Virus record (IMG/VR): IMGVR_UViG_3300042557_001224
Location: 1-41,962 of that record
DNA: 41,962 bases
DNA from: a virus
Taxonomy: Duplodnaviria; Caudoviricetes
Direction: 5' to 3' (one strand)
Shown here: positions 25,471 to 35,013 of the stretch, in pieces
How the letters are laid out: each line of letters opens with the position of its first letter
How positions within the stretch are numbered: position 1 is the stretch's first letter
Program-made: the position numbers and the translations under genes
The notes under the pieces: model-generated
What the model saw: the letters and a program-made list of their open reading frames with translations, nothing else
The model's database searches: none
What the model was told of the DNA's origin: nothing

Positions 25471-26511
25471 TTAGGCGAAGAGCATCTTGGCAGCCCAGTT
25501 CACGCCGGTCAGGTCGTGGCCTGCAGGGTAGATGTCCTCCGGCAGGGAGACCATCTTGCCCGTGAAGGTCAGCGCGATGCTGATGGCTCCGCAGTTGTTG
25601 CTCACCGTCAGATCGTACGGCACGCCGAAGCGGGGCGAGAACAGCGTGTCCCAGACGAAGTTGCTCGCGTCCATGACGGTCTGCCCGAACGCGCTCAGGT
25701 TCGGCGCGAGGGAGATCGACAACAGCTGCAGGGCGCCGGGCGCGAAGATCATCGCGTTCTCGTTGTTGCTCATGGCGGCGTTGAGGTCCCGGTCGTACGC
25801 GAAGGCGTAGCCGTACTGGTTCATCGCCTCCCACAGATCGATGCCGCTGTTGGCGCAGCAGCCAGCGTTGAGGGCTTGGAAGAGCACGCGCGCCTTGGCA
25901 CCGCCGAAGAGCGCGGACATTTCCGGGAAGTCGCTCTCGTCGGCCGCATTGCGGATGGCGGTGATCTCGGCGAAGTAATCACGCGGCGTGGCCATCGTGA
26001 TGTCGAGCACATCGCCGGTCACATCGTCCACGCCAGCACCCCAGCCACCGGCGAGGGCCACGGCTTGGGTGGCCATCATCTGCGACACCTTCTGGTCGAG
26101 GGCGTCGATCATGCGGCGCAGATGCTCGGAGAGGATCTCACCATTGCCCTCGCAGGCCGTGGCGAACTGGTCCACCGTCACGTTCATCTGTACCTGCAGG
26201 TTCTGCGTCGGGTCGATCGTGTAGTCCTGATAGAACTGATTGAGTGATCCGGTCGCGCCGCAGTTGGGATTGGGCTGGTTCTCCAGCACCGCGTCGGTAC
26301 TGAGGCTCTGCCAGCCCTTCACCGTGACGGTGCGCAGCTTGCCGCCTCCGGGCGATACCGCGTCGACGACCATGCGCCGGTTCTCGGGTGCGGTGATCCA
26401 CTCCGCGAACGGGTGGCGGGTCGACATGCCGCCCCACTCGCGGGGATCGGTCCATGCCGTGTCGAGTTGGGCCTGAATGGCCTGACAATTGATCAAGGTC
26501 GAGTAGCTCAT
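25471..26511 (-). CDS. Major capsid protein
   Basis: 346 aa, follows the scaffold-like gene, strongly biased codon use. Confidence 0.75.
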   Translation of the reverse strand: MSYSTLINCQAIQAQLDTAWTDPREWGGMSTRHPFAEWITAPENRRMVVDAVSPGGGKLRTVTVKGWQSLSTDAVLENQPNPNCGATGSLNQFYQDYTIDPTQNLQVQMNVTVDQFATACEGNGEILSEHLRRMIDALDQKVSQMMATQAVALAGGWGAGVDDVTGDVLDITMATPRDYFAEITAIRNAADESDFPEMSALFGGAKARVLFQALNAGCCANSGIDLWEAMNQYGYAFAYDRDLNAAMSNNENAMIFAPGALQLLSISLAPNLSAFGQTVMDASNFVWDTLFSPRFGVPYDLTVSNNCGAISIALTFTGKMVSLPEDIYPAGHDLTGVNWAAKMLFA

Positions 26512-26590
26512 CTTTTGAGAGTTGTTGATGTTCTAGGCTATGGGCCTAGGCCAGAACAACACGAGCTGCTCGTGTTCAGCAGAAACGCGG

Positions 26591-27433
26591 TCAGAACCGG
26601 CGCATCACCTCCCGCGTGCGACGAGCGCCGGGGTGTGCGGGGTCTGGCGCTGGTGCAGCAGAGACGCTGGCCACGGTCTTGCGGGCCGGGGTCCCTGCTT
26701 GCGGTGCTTTGGGTGTGAGCTTTGCCGCGTCGGCTGCTTCGATCAGCAGATCATCCAGCGAGGCGAAGGTCTGCGCCTTTGCTTTGTCCATGATGATCGC
26801 GCCAGATGCGTCGAGCACCTTGGGCTGATCACCGCTGAGATCCAGCGTGTGGCGCTCGAAGAAGTCGCTCAGGAACCCCTTCTTGGCATATTCGTGGACG
26901 TCATCACGGAACTTGATACGCGAGCGTGCTGCCTCTACGACAGTGGTGCGCTTCGCCTCTTCTTGCTTCTTCGTCCAAGTTCCGTTCAGATCGGTGTACT
27001 TGCGTTCGAACTCTTTCGCCTGTGCACCGATGGCGTCGCGCTCTTTGATCAGTGCATCGCGCTCCTGCTGCAGCTTCGTCAGGGCCTCGGTGTTGCCGCC
27101 CTTCTCGGCAGCTTCGCGGAACGCATCGCGCTCTTTGGCGATGTCGCCGATCTTCGCCGACACGCTCTCGTTGAACTTCACGATGAGATCGACAGGATCT
27201 CCTTCGTCGACGTTGCCGATGTCCACACCGATGGTCTTTGCGCCAGATTTGAGGCGCTGACGAGCGATGGCGTTGATCTTGCCGAAAACGCGGTCGCGCA
27301 CGGTCTGATCATCGTGTGCGATGTCGCGACGCAGGAACGCCGCATCAAACGCGGCTTTCATCGCTTTCTCGTCCTCGATCTTCTCGATGTCCAGACCGAG
27401 ATAGGCTACAACGGTTTCAGGCTTGACCGGCAT
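26591..27433 (-). CDS. Capsid scaffolding protein
   Basis: Charged coiled-coil with a Pro/Ala-rich C-terminus; immediately upstream of the capsid gene. Confidence 0.7.
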   Translation of the reverse strand: MPVKPETVVAYLGLDIEKIEDEKAMKAAFDAAFLRRDIAHDDQTVRDRVFGKINAIARQRLKSGAKTIGVDIGNVDEGDPVDLIVKFNESVSAKIGDIAKERDAFREAAEKGGNTEALTKLQQERDALIKERDAIGAQAKEFERKYTDLNGTWTKKQEEAKRTTVVEAARSRIKFRDDVHEYAKKGFLSDFFERHTLDLSGDQPKVLDASGAIIMDKAKAQTFASLDDLLIEAADAAKLTPKAPQAGTPARKTVASVSAAPAPDPAHPGARRTREVMRRF

Positions 27434-27590
27434 CGCTCTGTGTTTTAGGTTTTACCGGCATGATGTCGTGGGCCACCCGGAACCCGAGGTTGGCGAGGTG
27501 CTTCGATTGCGAGGCTTTGATGCTCACATAGGAGATCTTGCCCTTGGGGCCGATCATCTTCACGCTGTTGTTGGCGACCTTTTTCGACAT
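27417..27590 (-). CDS. Small basic protein (57 aa), not in the ORF track
   Basis: MSKKVANNSVKMIGPKGKISYVSIKASQSKHLANLGFRVAHDIMPVKPKTQSDAGQA; ATG 4 nt after TTCCTTTG. Confidence 0.6.
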   Translation of the reverse strand: MSKKVANNSVKMIGPKGKISYVSIKASQSKHLANLGFRVAHDIMPVKPKTQSDAGQA

Positions 27591-27594
27591 GACA

Positions 27595-27602
27595 CAAAGG
27601 AA
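27595..27602 (-). promoter_or_regulatory. -7-like element TTCCTTTG ahead of the head operon
   Basis: TTCCTTTG-TGTC-ATG, same spacing as at 562, 9054 and 40105. Confidence 0.5.
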
Positions 27603-27634
27603 AGCACCGCGATGCTGGTGCTGGTTTCCTCGCG

Positions 27635-27826
27635 TTAATCTGGCCTCTTAGAATAGACCAACTCGCCAGTCTGATCTGGTCGCACCTCGCGGTGCCTTTC
27701 ACGTGCCTTCCAGATCTCCGGCGGTATATCATCCGGGAACGCCGGACATTTGCCGCCAACCAGATGCTTGCATGTGCAGCAGTCGGAGAACACGATACCG
27801 AGAGGTTCGTCGAACTTTGATGTCAT
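27635..27826 (-). CDS. Small Cys-rich protein, candidate immunity partner of the MuF-ART
   Basis: CCTCKH...CPAFPDDIP..IW...H; ATGA-coupled to the ART gene. Confidence 0.6.
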   Translation of the reverse strand: MTSKFDEPLGIVFSDCCTCKHLVGGKCPAFPDDIPPEIWKARERHREVRPDQTGELVYSKRPD

Positions 27827-28878
27827 GGCGCTAGTCTAACGTCTATGAAGGTCTTACCACCTACCGTCTGCGTACCGAGAATGACGAAACTCGACTGATG
27901 ATCGAGCAGCATTTCCTTCTCGTTGGGGAACCGGCTCACCGGCGCCACGTAGAGAGCCTTGGAGCCCTTGGGTATCAGTATGCGTAGCACGGTCGTAGCG
28001 CGACTAATGAAATCGAGCTCCCGCTTTATGGTGGCGGAGGCGAAGCCATTGATCGTGAACTCTGTCCCCGGTGCGGCCACTCTGGCCATATCTGCGAGCT
28101 CTGTGGCCGTGTTGCCGCTGCCCACACCCCTGAACACCACCTCGTCGGATGGTGTAGACTGCTTGGCTAGGATCGAGCGCAACGCGGTGATCGTCTCGAA
28201 ATCGGTGTCGAACATTTCTGACTCGGCCCGGGCATCGGGGATACCATCGGGCTTGCGGCGCAGGAACTTGTTGATACTCTCATATGCCGATCCGGTGTAT
28301 TCGCGCAAGGAGCCAACCTCAGACGTAGATAGCTCGGGTCTGATCCGCTGGTTGAAATCACTGCTGAGCGCTATGTCCTTCCGGTACAAGTTGCTGGCAT
28401 TCGTCCCATTCTCCCACTGAGCCCTAATCGCCTTTATGTCTTCGGCGTTAGAGCGCTCTACTTCCTGAGCAGCCGCCTGCACGACCGGTGTAGGAGCAAG
28501 CAGGCCCTTGTCGCGAATCCTCTCCATGTCTTCTGCAGGAACGCGCGAAGGGAGCACCGGCACCAGCACGTGCCTGCATGCTGAGCGGTTCCCATACCAA
28601 CCGCCGAGATATGTGAAGATGGTCTGCTCGTTCGTACCCTCTACCATGCCGTCCCAACCTTGGCCAGCGGCGGCGTCACGGCCCCACTGCCGTATTTCCT
28701 CGATGTGCCACACCTTGCCCTCGCGAGCTCTGCACCAAGGGCGCGTCGAGTCGATCGGCCTGCCTTGGAAGCGATAGAACACGATGCCCGCCTTCTCGCT
28801 CGCTGCGGCGGTCTGCGCGCGCTGCACCGCCGAGGGTATCGACGCCACCTGCGTGAGTATGTCGCGATCGATGCTCAT
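27823..28878 (-). CDS. MuF-like minor head protein fused to a VIP2-type ADP-ribosyltransferase
   Basis: N-part DSTRPWC...CRH (MuF); C-part YT..AY..IN.FLR, VFRG, GFASAT, NEKEMLL (R-S-ExE class). Confidence 0.85.
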   Translation of the reverse strand: MSIDRDILTQVASIPSAVQRAQTAAASEKAGIVFYRFQGRPIDSTRPWCRAREGKVWHIEEIRQWGRDAAAGQGWDGMVEGTNEQTIFTYLGGWYGNRSACRHVLVPVLPSRVPAEDMERIRDKGLLAPTPVVQAAAQEVERSNAEDIKAIRAQWENGTNASNLYRKDIALSSDFNQRIRPELSTSEVGSLREYTGSAYESINKFLRRKPDGIPDARAESEMFDTDFETITALRSILAKQSTPSDEVVFRGVGSGNTATELADMARVAAPGTEFTINGFASATIKRELDFISRATTVLRILIPKGSKALYVAPVSRFPNEKEMLLDHQSSFVILGTQTVGGKTFIDVRLAP

Positions 28879-29357
28879 CCTGCAACGAGCTTGCGCACGC
28901 TCTCGGTCACAGCCGCTGCGTCAGCAGATGTCGCGATACTGTTGATCAGCTGCGTCGAGATCGAACCGAAGAGGTCGCGGAAACTTGCCTGATCCAAGAG
29001 TGCTGCGGCGGCCTCCTGCTTTGCGCGTCTGGCAATGGCGCGCAGAACAGCCTCGTCGGCACCGAACTCGCGCAGGCCACTCGATACGGCGCTGCTGAGC
29101 TGGTTCAGGCTCTCCAGATAGATTGCAACGTCTGCCATATAGGTCTCATCGAACAGGACCGCGCGCATGCCGTCGAGGACCGTGCTCACGCGCCCTACGT
29201 TGGCCTCTGATGATACGATCCGGCCATCTGGCCCAATGTCTAGCGTCGAAACCAACGGAGCGAAGCGGTCTGCGGCTCGTCGCATCAACGCAGCGATGGC
29301 GACCTGTAGCGCCTCGGAGGCGTCGTCGCCTATTGTGCGCGCCGTCTCTATGCTCAT
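28875..29357 (-). CDS. Hypothetical helical protein, possibly the split N-terminal part of MuF
   Basis: Lies between portal and MuF with ATGA overlaps at both ends. Confidence 0.6.
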   Translation of the reverse strand: MSIETARTIGDDASEALQVAIAALMRRAADRFAPLVSTLDIGPDGRIVSSEANVGRVSTVLDGMRAVLFDETYMADVAIYLESLNQLSSAVSSGLREFGADEAVLRAIARRAKQEAAAALLDQASFRDLFGSISTQLINSIATSADAAAVTESVRKLVAG

Positions 29358-31195
29358 TCCTCGACCAGTTTGGCGATCCTGCCAAGGATGGGAGGAACTG
29401 CGCCGATGGCGGTCGCTTTCTCGCGGGCCAGTGCGCGCAGGGCTTCTGCTTTCTCGAAATCAGAAAGCGGACCGAACGTGTCGACCAGAGAGGCCTCTGC
29501 CAACAGCTGCAGACCGCTGTAGTGGAGCAGCGTCTCCCATGGCTGAGCTCTGCCGCTCGCGATCTCTGCGGCTACGGCCTGCTCCGTCATCATCGCCATG
29601 CGGTCTGCCATAGAAAGCGCACGCATACCGCTCAGCATGGCAGGATCATCTGCGTGGCGCGCCGAAACGAACTCGCCCACCAGCATCGAACGAACGAACA
29701 CCGGGAGATTGTTCTTGCCAGCCTCGGAGATCGTCGCGATGAAATCGGCATCGGTGCGCAGATCGTACTCCGCAGGAATGCGCAGAGAGTAGTCGCTCCA
29801 CTCGGCCCCCTTCAGCATCCTGCCAATGCAGCGAATGCCGAAATCGAAGATGACGAATAACTGGTCGCAGATCGGCTTGACAAACGCGGCCCGCGCCTTG
29901 GCATCTAGCCCAGACTGCGTGGCCGTCTTCGCGTCGCCTCCGACCATCGGAGTCTCTGCATCGAGGTGCATCACGGACCGGGCCGAGGCTATGTAGCGCT
30001 CGATCTCCTCGCGCATGAACTTCGACGCATCCGTGCTAGGCGACGCATATGAAAGGGCGTTGCTGGCGTTCACCGCATCTGGCCTCGTGCTGTTCGGGTC
30101 GGCGTTGATCACCAGCTCGCCAAACGGACTGATGCGGTTACGATGTCCAGTACCGCCACATGACGGGCACTTCTTCTCATGTCGCTTCACACCTTCGGTC
30201 CACGATATGACGCCGTCCATGCATCGAACGCCGTGCACGTCATCATAGAAATCGCAAGGATCTCCGATCATGACCCGCACCGGGAACATGAGTTTGGCCT
30301 CACTCGCGCGCAGCTGGTGTTCTGTCAGCAGTGCTACGTTGAGCAGGCCAGCAGACGCCGCAAAGGGAGAGGTCCAAACGAGGCCGTCGCTCTGGGCGGA
30401 TGGTGTGCCCATCATGTGGATCACCGGTGCCTCACCTACGCCGTGCGTATAGGCGATCTTGATGTCGAATTGCTCGTCCTTGGCGCGTCCCTTCTGCTCG
30501 ATCCGCCACACGTGCACGTCGTCGATCAGGATGCAAACGATGCCCTTCTTGACCTTCTTGTTGCCCTCGATGATCTCGCTGCGCTCATTGGTCTGCAGCA
30601 GATACCAAGAATCGTACTCGAAACCCCATACGCGATCGCTACCGAAGACCACAGGCTGAGCCTCGAGCTTGGTATCCGGGGCGATCACCTCGTTGCCCTC
30701 TTCATCTGTCACGGTCGCAACGTTAGAGGGCAGGAAGGCAACCACGCCCATAGGGTCGGAGATCTTCCTCTTCAGGAGTGCCATCTTGACGAACCCGAAG
30801 AGCGCGCCCCACTCTTTGATGCCGCCATCGATGTACTCGCGCACTCCTTCGTCTTCTATCGTCAGATTCCAGTTGGTCTCGTGCAGACCACGGCCGACCG
30901 TGTTCTCCAGATCGAGGTAGACGGGTAGCGTAACATGCTCGAAGTTGTCGCGCATCCACGCCAGCTCCTGCGCTGTCTGGTTCGGTGCTCGCGACTTGAA
31001 AAGATGCTCGGGGAAGGTTCCCTCACTGACATGCGGCTCGATACGCGACCGCGACTTCTGCGCATCTACGAAACCGGGCCATGGTTCTCCTCCCAGCGCG
31101 CTCAGCTTGACGATATCGCCGCCTACCAGCGCGGGCTTGATCCGCCCGTACTGGCGCAGAAATACCTGCCCGACTTGTTCCTCGTTCAGGATCAT
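29354..31195 (-). CDS. Portal protein
   Basis: 613 aa upstream of MuF/scaffold/capsid; carries an internal CPSCGGTG insertion. Confidence 0.7.
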   Translation of the reverse strand: MILNEEQVGQVFLRQYGRIKPALVGGDIVKLSALGGEPWPGFVDAQKSRSRIEPHVSEGTFPEHLFKSRAPNQTAQELAWMRDNFEHVTLPVYLDLENTVGRGLHETNWNLTIEDEGVREYIDGGIKEWGALFGFVKMALLKRKISDPMGVVAFLPSNVATVTDEEGNEVIAPDTKLEAQPVVFGSDRVWGFEYDSWYLLQTNERSEIIEGNKKVKKGIVCILIDDVHVWRIEQKGRAKDEQFDIKIAYTHGVGEAPVIHMMGTPSAQSDGLVWTSPFAASAGLLNVALLTEHQLRASEAKLMFPVRVMIGDPCDFYDDVHGVRCMDGVISWTEGVKRHEKKCPSCGGTGHRNRISPFGELVINADPNSTRPDAVNASNALSYASPSTDASKFMREEIERYIASARSVMHLDAETPMVGGDAKTATQSGLDAKARAAFVKPICDQLFVIFDFGIRCIGRMLKGAEWSDYSLRIPAEYDLRTDADFIATISEAGKNNLPVFVRSMLVGEFVSARHADDPAMLSGMRALSMADRMAMMTEQAVAAEIASGRAQPWETLLHYSGLQLLAEASLVDTFGPLSDFEKAEALRALAREKATAIGAVPPILGRIAKLVEE

Positions 31196-31314
31196 CGCTT
31201 AGTTGGTCGCGGCCGCTGCGCAGGGCGCTGCAGAGGTGAGATCGTTCTGGTCTGCTGCGTGGCAGGCCTCGGGCTCTGCTGCTGGCGGCGGGGTTGGCAT
31301 CCTTGACAAGGCAT
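31192..31314 (-). CDS. Small basic CxxC peptide (40 aa), not in the ORF track
   Basis: MPCQGCQPRRQQQSPRPATQQTRTISPLQRPAQRPRPTKR; fills the gap exactly and its stop overlaps the portal ATG (ATGA). Confidence 0.55.
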   Translation of the reverse strand: MPCQGCQPRRQQQSPRPATQQTRTISPLQRPAQRPRPTKR

Positions 31315-31321
31315 GGCGCTC

Positions 31322-32179
31322 TTATTTGCGTTGATCGATAAACTTGTGGGCCATCACGTGGCGGGAGCCATAGGCCGATGCGCCGATGCGCCCGCGCATG
31401 ACCCTGATCTGGCCGTCGTAGAGCTGCTTCTTGTGCTCCGAGGTGCAGCCGTTGGACAAGCGCGAGCCGTAGAGCGGCAGAACATATGCGGCGCTGGCGA
31501 TCTGGTCAGCCCGCGCCGGTGCTCTGTCAAAGAAGCACGCCACCGCTGGCATCGACGGATCGAGCCCGAGCACGGCGCACGCGGCGCTGACACAGAGCTC
31601 GTCGGGGATCACTCCGCCCCACTTGTGCACCAGATCGCGATACGCATACATTGAGCGCGCTCTCAACATTTCGCGCTGCACGGCGTTGAGCTGCTCACCC
31701 TTGCGCATCCAGATCGCGCTCGTGTTCACCGCATAGACATGATCGCCGGGCTTGAGCCCGTGCCGCTCGATGATGGTGCGAGGCGCTACCCACCAATGCC
31801 CCTGCGGGCGCTCTCCTGCGCCCACGACATAGGGCGCGGCCGCTTGTACCAAGAGGGGCCTCTCGTCGCGCTCCAGTAGTTCTAGGAGCGGGGTCACGTC
31901 CTTCATGGCGATGCCGTCCACGTCGAGGTAGAGCGTAGTGTCTTCAGAGATCAACGAAGGTAGCGACGCCTTACATAAACCGGGATCGCTCGCCAGATCG
32001 TTACTCAAACCATGTAACACCACCTCGGTCTTGGTGGCGTCGTCCAACAGTGACTCCATGCCCTCGGTACAGTGCAGGTTGATGCGACCGCGATAGCCGT
32101 GGTGCCGTAGCGACAGTACCATGTTGGCTGTCGCTACGGCATAACCGCTTTTTCCGAAAGCTAGGAGCGTAATGCTCAC
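31322..32179 (-). CDS. Putative GT-A glycosyltransferase inside the structural operon
   Basis: LLAFGKSGY...SLR, K.SL, TLYLDVD (DxD), VNTS, PDE motifs resembling GT8-like enzymes. Confidence 0.7.
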   Translation of the reverse strand: MSITLLAFGKSGYAVATANMVLSLRHHGYRGRINLHCTEGMESLLDDATKTEVVLHGLSNDLASDPGLCKASLPSLISEDTTLYLDVDGIAMKDVTPLLELLERDERPLLVQAAAPYVVGAGERPQGHWWVAPRTIIERHGLKPGDHVYAVNTSAIWMRKGEQLNAVQREMLRARSMYAYRDLVHKWGGVIPDELCVSAACAVLGLDPSMPAVACFFDRAPARADQIASAAYVLPLYGSRLSNGCTSEHKKQLYDGQIRVMRGRIGASAYGSRHVMAHKFIDQRK

Positions 32180-32183
32180 GCGA

Positions 32184-32771
32184 TCAGTAGTTCAGATCAC
32201 CCGGCGTGAATGCCGTGTTCTCCATGATGGGCGCATCGTTGCGATCGCGCCACGTTGCCGTGAGCTCGAAGCGCTGCAACTCGCCGTTGTTCTCGGGCGA
32301 GACACGGCCACCGGCGATGCTCAGGGTAGACGGGATCCACGTCCAGCGATCGGCATCGCACTCGTACAACAGAGCGCCGCCGTTGGTGAACAGGTTCGCG
32401 CTGTTCACACTGGACCAGAACTTGCGCCGCGTCTCGTTCACGTTGGGATCAACGATGGTGAGGGTGCGGTCGTAGTTGATCGTCTGCTCGGGGTTGCACG
32501 GGTCGTACACCGTCGCGGTGACCGCGCTCGGCGCATCGATCGTCACCTGAATGAACGGGAGCACCTTCGCATCGTTGCCATTGATCAAGGCCTGAACCTT
32601 GGCAAGGCTGAGCGCATTGGGGTCTTCATCCTCGACCAGATCGGCGTCGTCGACTCCGCAACGGAGCAGCAACATGAGGCTAATGCCTCCATTCTTGCGG
32701 TCCACGCAGAGGGCGCTGCTGATGTCGTCCCACTCGTCTCCGCAGTAGTAACTAGGGCAGGTTGTTGCCAT
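32184..32771 (-). CDS. Putative major tail (tube) protein
   Basis: 195 aa, acidic and beta-rich, biased codons, own A-rich leader. Confidence 0.6.
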   Translation of the reverse strand: MATTCPSYYCGDEWDDISSALCVDRKNGGISLMLLLRCGVDDADLVEDEDPNALSLAKVQALINGNDAKVLPFIQVTIDAPSAVTATVYDPCNPEQTINYDRTLTIVDPNVNETRRKFWSSVNSANLFTNGGALLYECDADRWTWIPSTLSIAGGRVSPENNGELQRFELTATWRDRNDAPIMENTAFTPGDLNY

Positions 32772-32868
32772 TGTTGTTTCTTGTTTTCAAGATCCGCAAA
32801 TGGCGCGGCTACCAGAACATGTCGCGATGCGAAGTTACGCAGCGCCCGGCCTTCTTCGTTTCCAGTCC

Positions 32869-35013
32869 TCAATTGCCGGTCACTGTCCACCCGCGTGAGG
32901 TGGTCAGGGTGGTGATCATGACCGCGATCGCACCGCTCACAGGTAGCGGCGTATTGGCGCCACCAGATACCTCCAGAGTGCCGCCCGTCTTGCCGCTCGC
33001 ATGACACTGGACGACCAGCATGTTGATCGATGCCGCGTCAAGTGCGCAGCCCCCGAAGGAGATCACTATGTTGTCGTCTATCAGTCCGACCGGCAGCCAT
33101 GGTAGCGTGACCAGCGTGGCGTTGTCGTCGAAGTCGATCGAAGCCATCGGCGTCGTACCCGGAGGCCATAAGACCGCAGTGATGAGGTTGTCCTCGGCGC
33201 TGATCCTCGTCAAATATTGATTCCCGCTGAGATCAAGCTCAAGCAGTAGATTCTCGGTCACGTCTAGCGCGTCAAGCCAGCACAGCTGCGTAACATCCAG
33301 CTCCGTCAGCTGGGCCTTCGTTGCTACGAACGAGACCACGGTATCTAGGGGGTTTCCATCTTCATCACCTCCATAGAAGCAGCGCTCCTGCTGCACGGGT
33401 GATCCGCTGAGCGCATACTTGACACCAGCCGTTACGATCGTCGCGCCACCTAGATCGAACGCGCCTACCTGCCGAATGACCGCGAACTGCGGCTCGGCTG
33501 ACATTGTTCCGATGTTGACGTCGTAGCTCGTCGGGCTCACCGTCTTGAACCGACCGAACCCACGGCCCTCGCAGAGAGGTAGCTGGATCGATGTCGACCA
33601 GTTGCATGTTGGGTCCGTCTTGTTGGTGATCTCGATCTCGACCAGCGAGGCCAGAGGGATCGGCCCGAAGTTGTAGCTCGTGGGCGAGGTCCAAATCTCC
33701 GACGCGAAACTCGCACCGTCTACATCTACGTTCACCCGATCTGGCAGGAAGCCGATCGCCGAGTAGAGAATGACCTCGACATAATAGCCATCCTTGTCGC
33801 AGCCGCTGACAGTGTTGATCTGGACGTTTGGCGCAGTACACGGCACACCAGCAGACGGCGCGCATCCGTCGCCGGGCGCGTCACAGCTCACGCGGCGCAA
33901 GAGCTCGCGCTTGGGTCGCACCGCGAGTTGTACGGCAGCCGTGCCTGTCTGGTCGCCGTAGGCCGGTTCTCCGCCATCGGCATCAACCACGTACTCCGTG
34001 CCATCGATGTAGACGTGATCGAACATCCACAGCGTGGCGATGAACGGGTGCAGTGTCTCGTCGATCGGCCTGATCAGCAGGTCCATGATGCGCTGGCGAT
34101 CGGCGTAATATCTGTGAATGGTGCCGTCGCTCCAGCGCTCGTCGCTCGCATCGTTCTCCCATCGTGGCCGCACCAGTGAAGCATGCAGACGCACGTCGAA
34201 CACGGCAGGAGCGGCGAAACCGAGGGCGTCGTGATCGAGACAGGCCCGCACCACTACAGTGCCCTTGCACTCGTCTCCCACTGCTATCGGTTGCGAGCAA
34301 AGATATAGCGGCGGATCATCGCAGCTACTGGAGGCGCGCAGGTAGATGCAGTCGGGCAGGCTGTAATCGTCCAACGGGATCGACACGCCAAGAATGCCGC
34401 CCACCAAAGTGAAGAGCTCCGGCCGCGTCGAGGTCGAGATCTCTGCTATCGGCTCATTCGTCGCGGCGTCCATGATCTCCACCAGCACGCCGCAGCCGAG
34501 CTCGCCCTCGGAGGTCAGGATGTCGTAGAGCTTGATGCGGTTCAGACACACGCGGCTCGACGTATTTACCAACGTGATGCGCGGCCCGTCTGTTGTGGCC
34601 GCCGTTATCGTCACCGTCTGCAGGCCCGGCATCGACAGGATCACCGTCTGTCCTCCCATCGTGAGCTGCACCAGTCCGGTAATGCTCACCACATCGATCT
34701 CTAGCGAGTAAGTCGAGCCAACCGTGGGAAAGGAGGTCGACGCGATGGGCTCAATGTACGACCCCGGCGACGCACTCGGTGCGCACACCCCTCCGCCGAT
34801 GGTGCTGGTCCACGGACCGGGACCTGCCCAGTCTGAACCGGTATCCCAGTCGCGTGCAGCGCCGGAATATGTGCCCGCAGCTGGCTCGACCAGCACCTGA
34901 AACCGCAGCGTGTCCTCTGGCGAGGCGATCATTGGCAGTCGCTTGTCTGGGCATTCCACGATGATCGGAGACGGGACGAAGCTAATGGGCTGGTTTGGGA
35001 TGGTGCCGAGCAT
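32869..35013 (-). CDS. Tail-tip protein with C-terminal leucine-rich repeats (714 aa)
   Basis: Start MLGTIPNQP with TAATG overlap; LTELDVTQ..WLDALDVTENLLLELDLSGNQYLTRISAEDNLI. Confidence 0.65.
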   Translation of the reverse strand: MLGTIPNQPISFVPSPIIVECPDKRLPMIASPEDTLRFQVLVEPAAGTYSGAARDWDTGSDWAGPGPWTSTIGGGVCAPSASPGSYIEPIASTSFPTVGSTYSLEIDVVSITGLVQLTMGGQTVILSMPGLQTVTITAATTDGPRITLVNTSSRVCLNRIKLYDILTSEGELGCGVLVEIMDAATNEPIAEISTSTRPELFTLVGGILGVSIPLDDYSLPDCIYLRASSSCDDPPLYLCSQPIAVGDECKGTVVVRACLDHDALGFAAPAVFDVRLHASLVRPRWENDASDERWSDGTIHRYYADRQRIMDLLIRPIDETLHPFIATLWMFDHVYIDGTEYVVDADGGEPAYGDQTGTAAVQLAVRPKRELLRRVSCDAPGDGCAPSAGVPCTAPNVQINTVSGCDKDGYYVEVILYSAIGFLPDRVNVDVDGASFASEIWTSPTSYNFGPIPLASLVEIEITNKTDPTCNWSTSIQLPLCEGRGFGRFKTVSPTSYDVNIGTMSAEPQFAVIRQVGAFDLGGATIVTAGVKYALSGSPVQQERCFYGGDEDGNPLDTVVSFVATKAQLTELDVTQLCWLDALDVTENLLLELDLSGNQYLTRISAEDNLITAVLWPPGTTPMASIDFDDNATLVTLPWLPVGLIDDNIVISFGGCALDAASINMLVVQCHASGKTGGTLEVSGGANTPLPVSGAIAVMITTLTTSRGWTVTGN

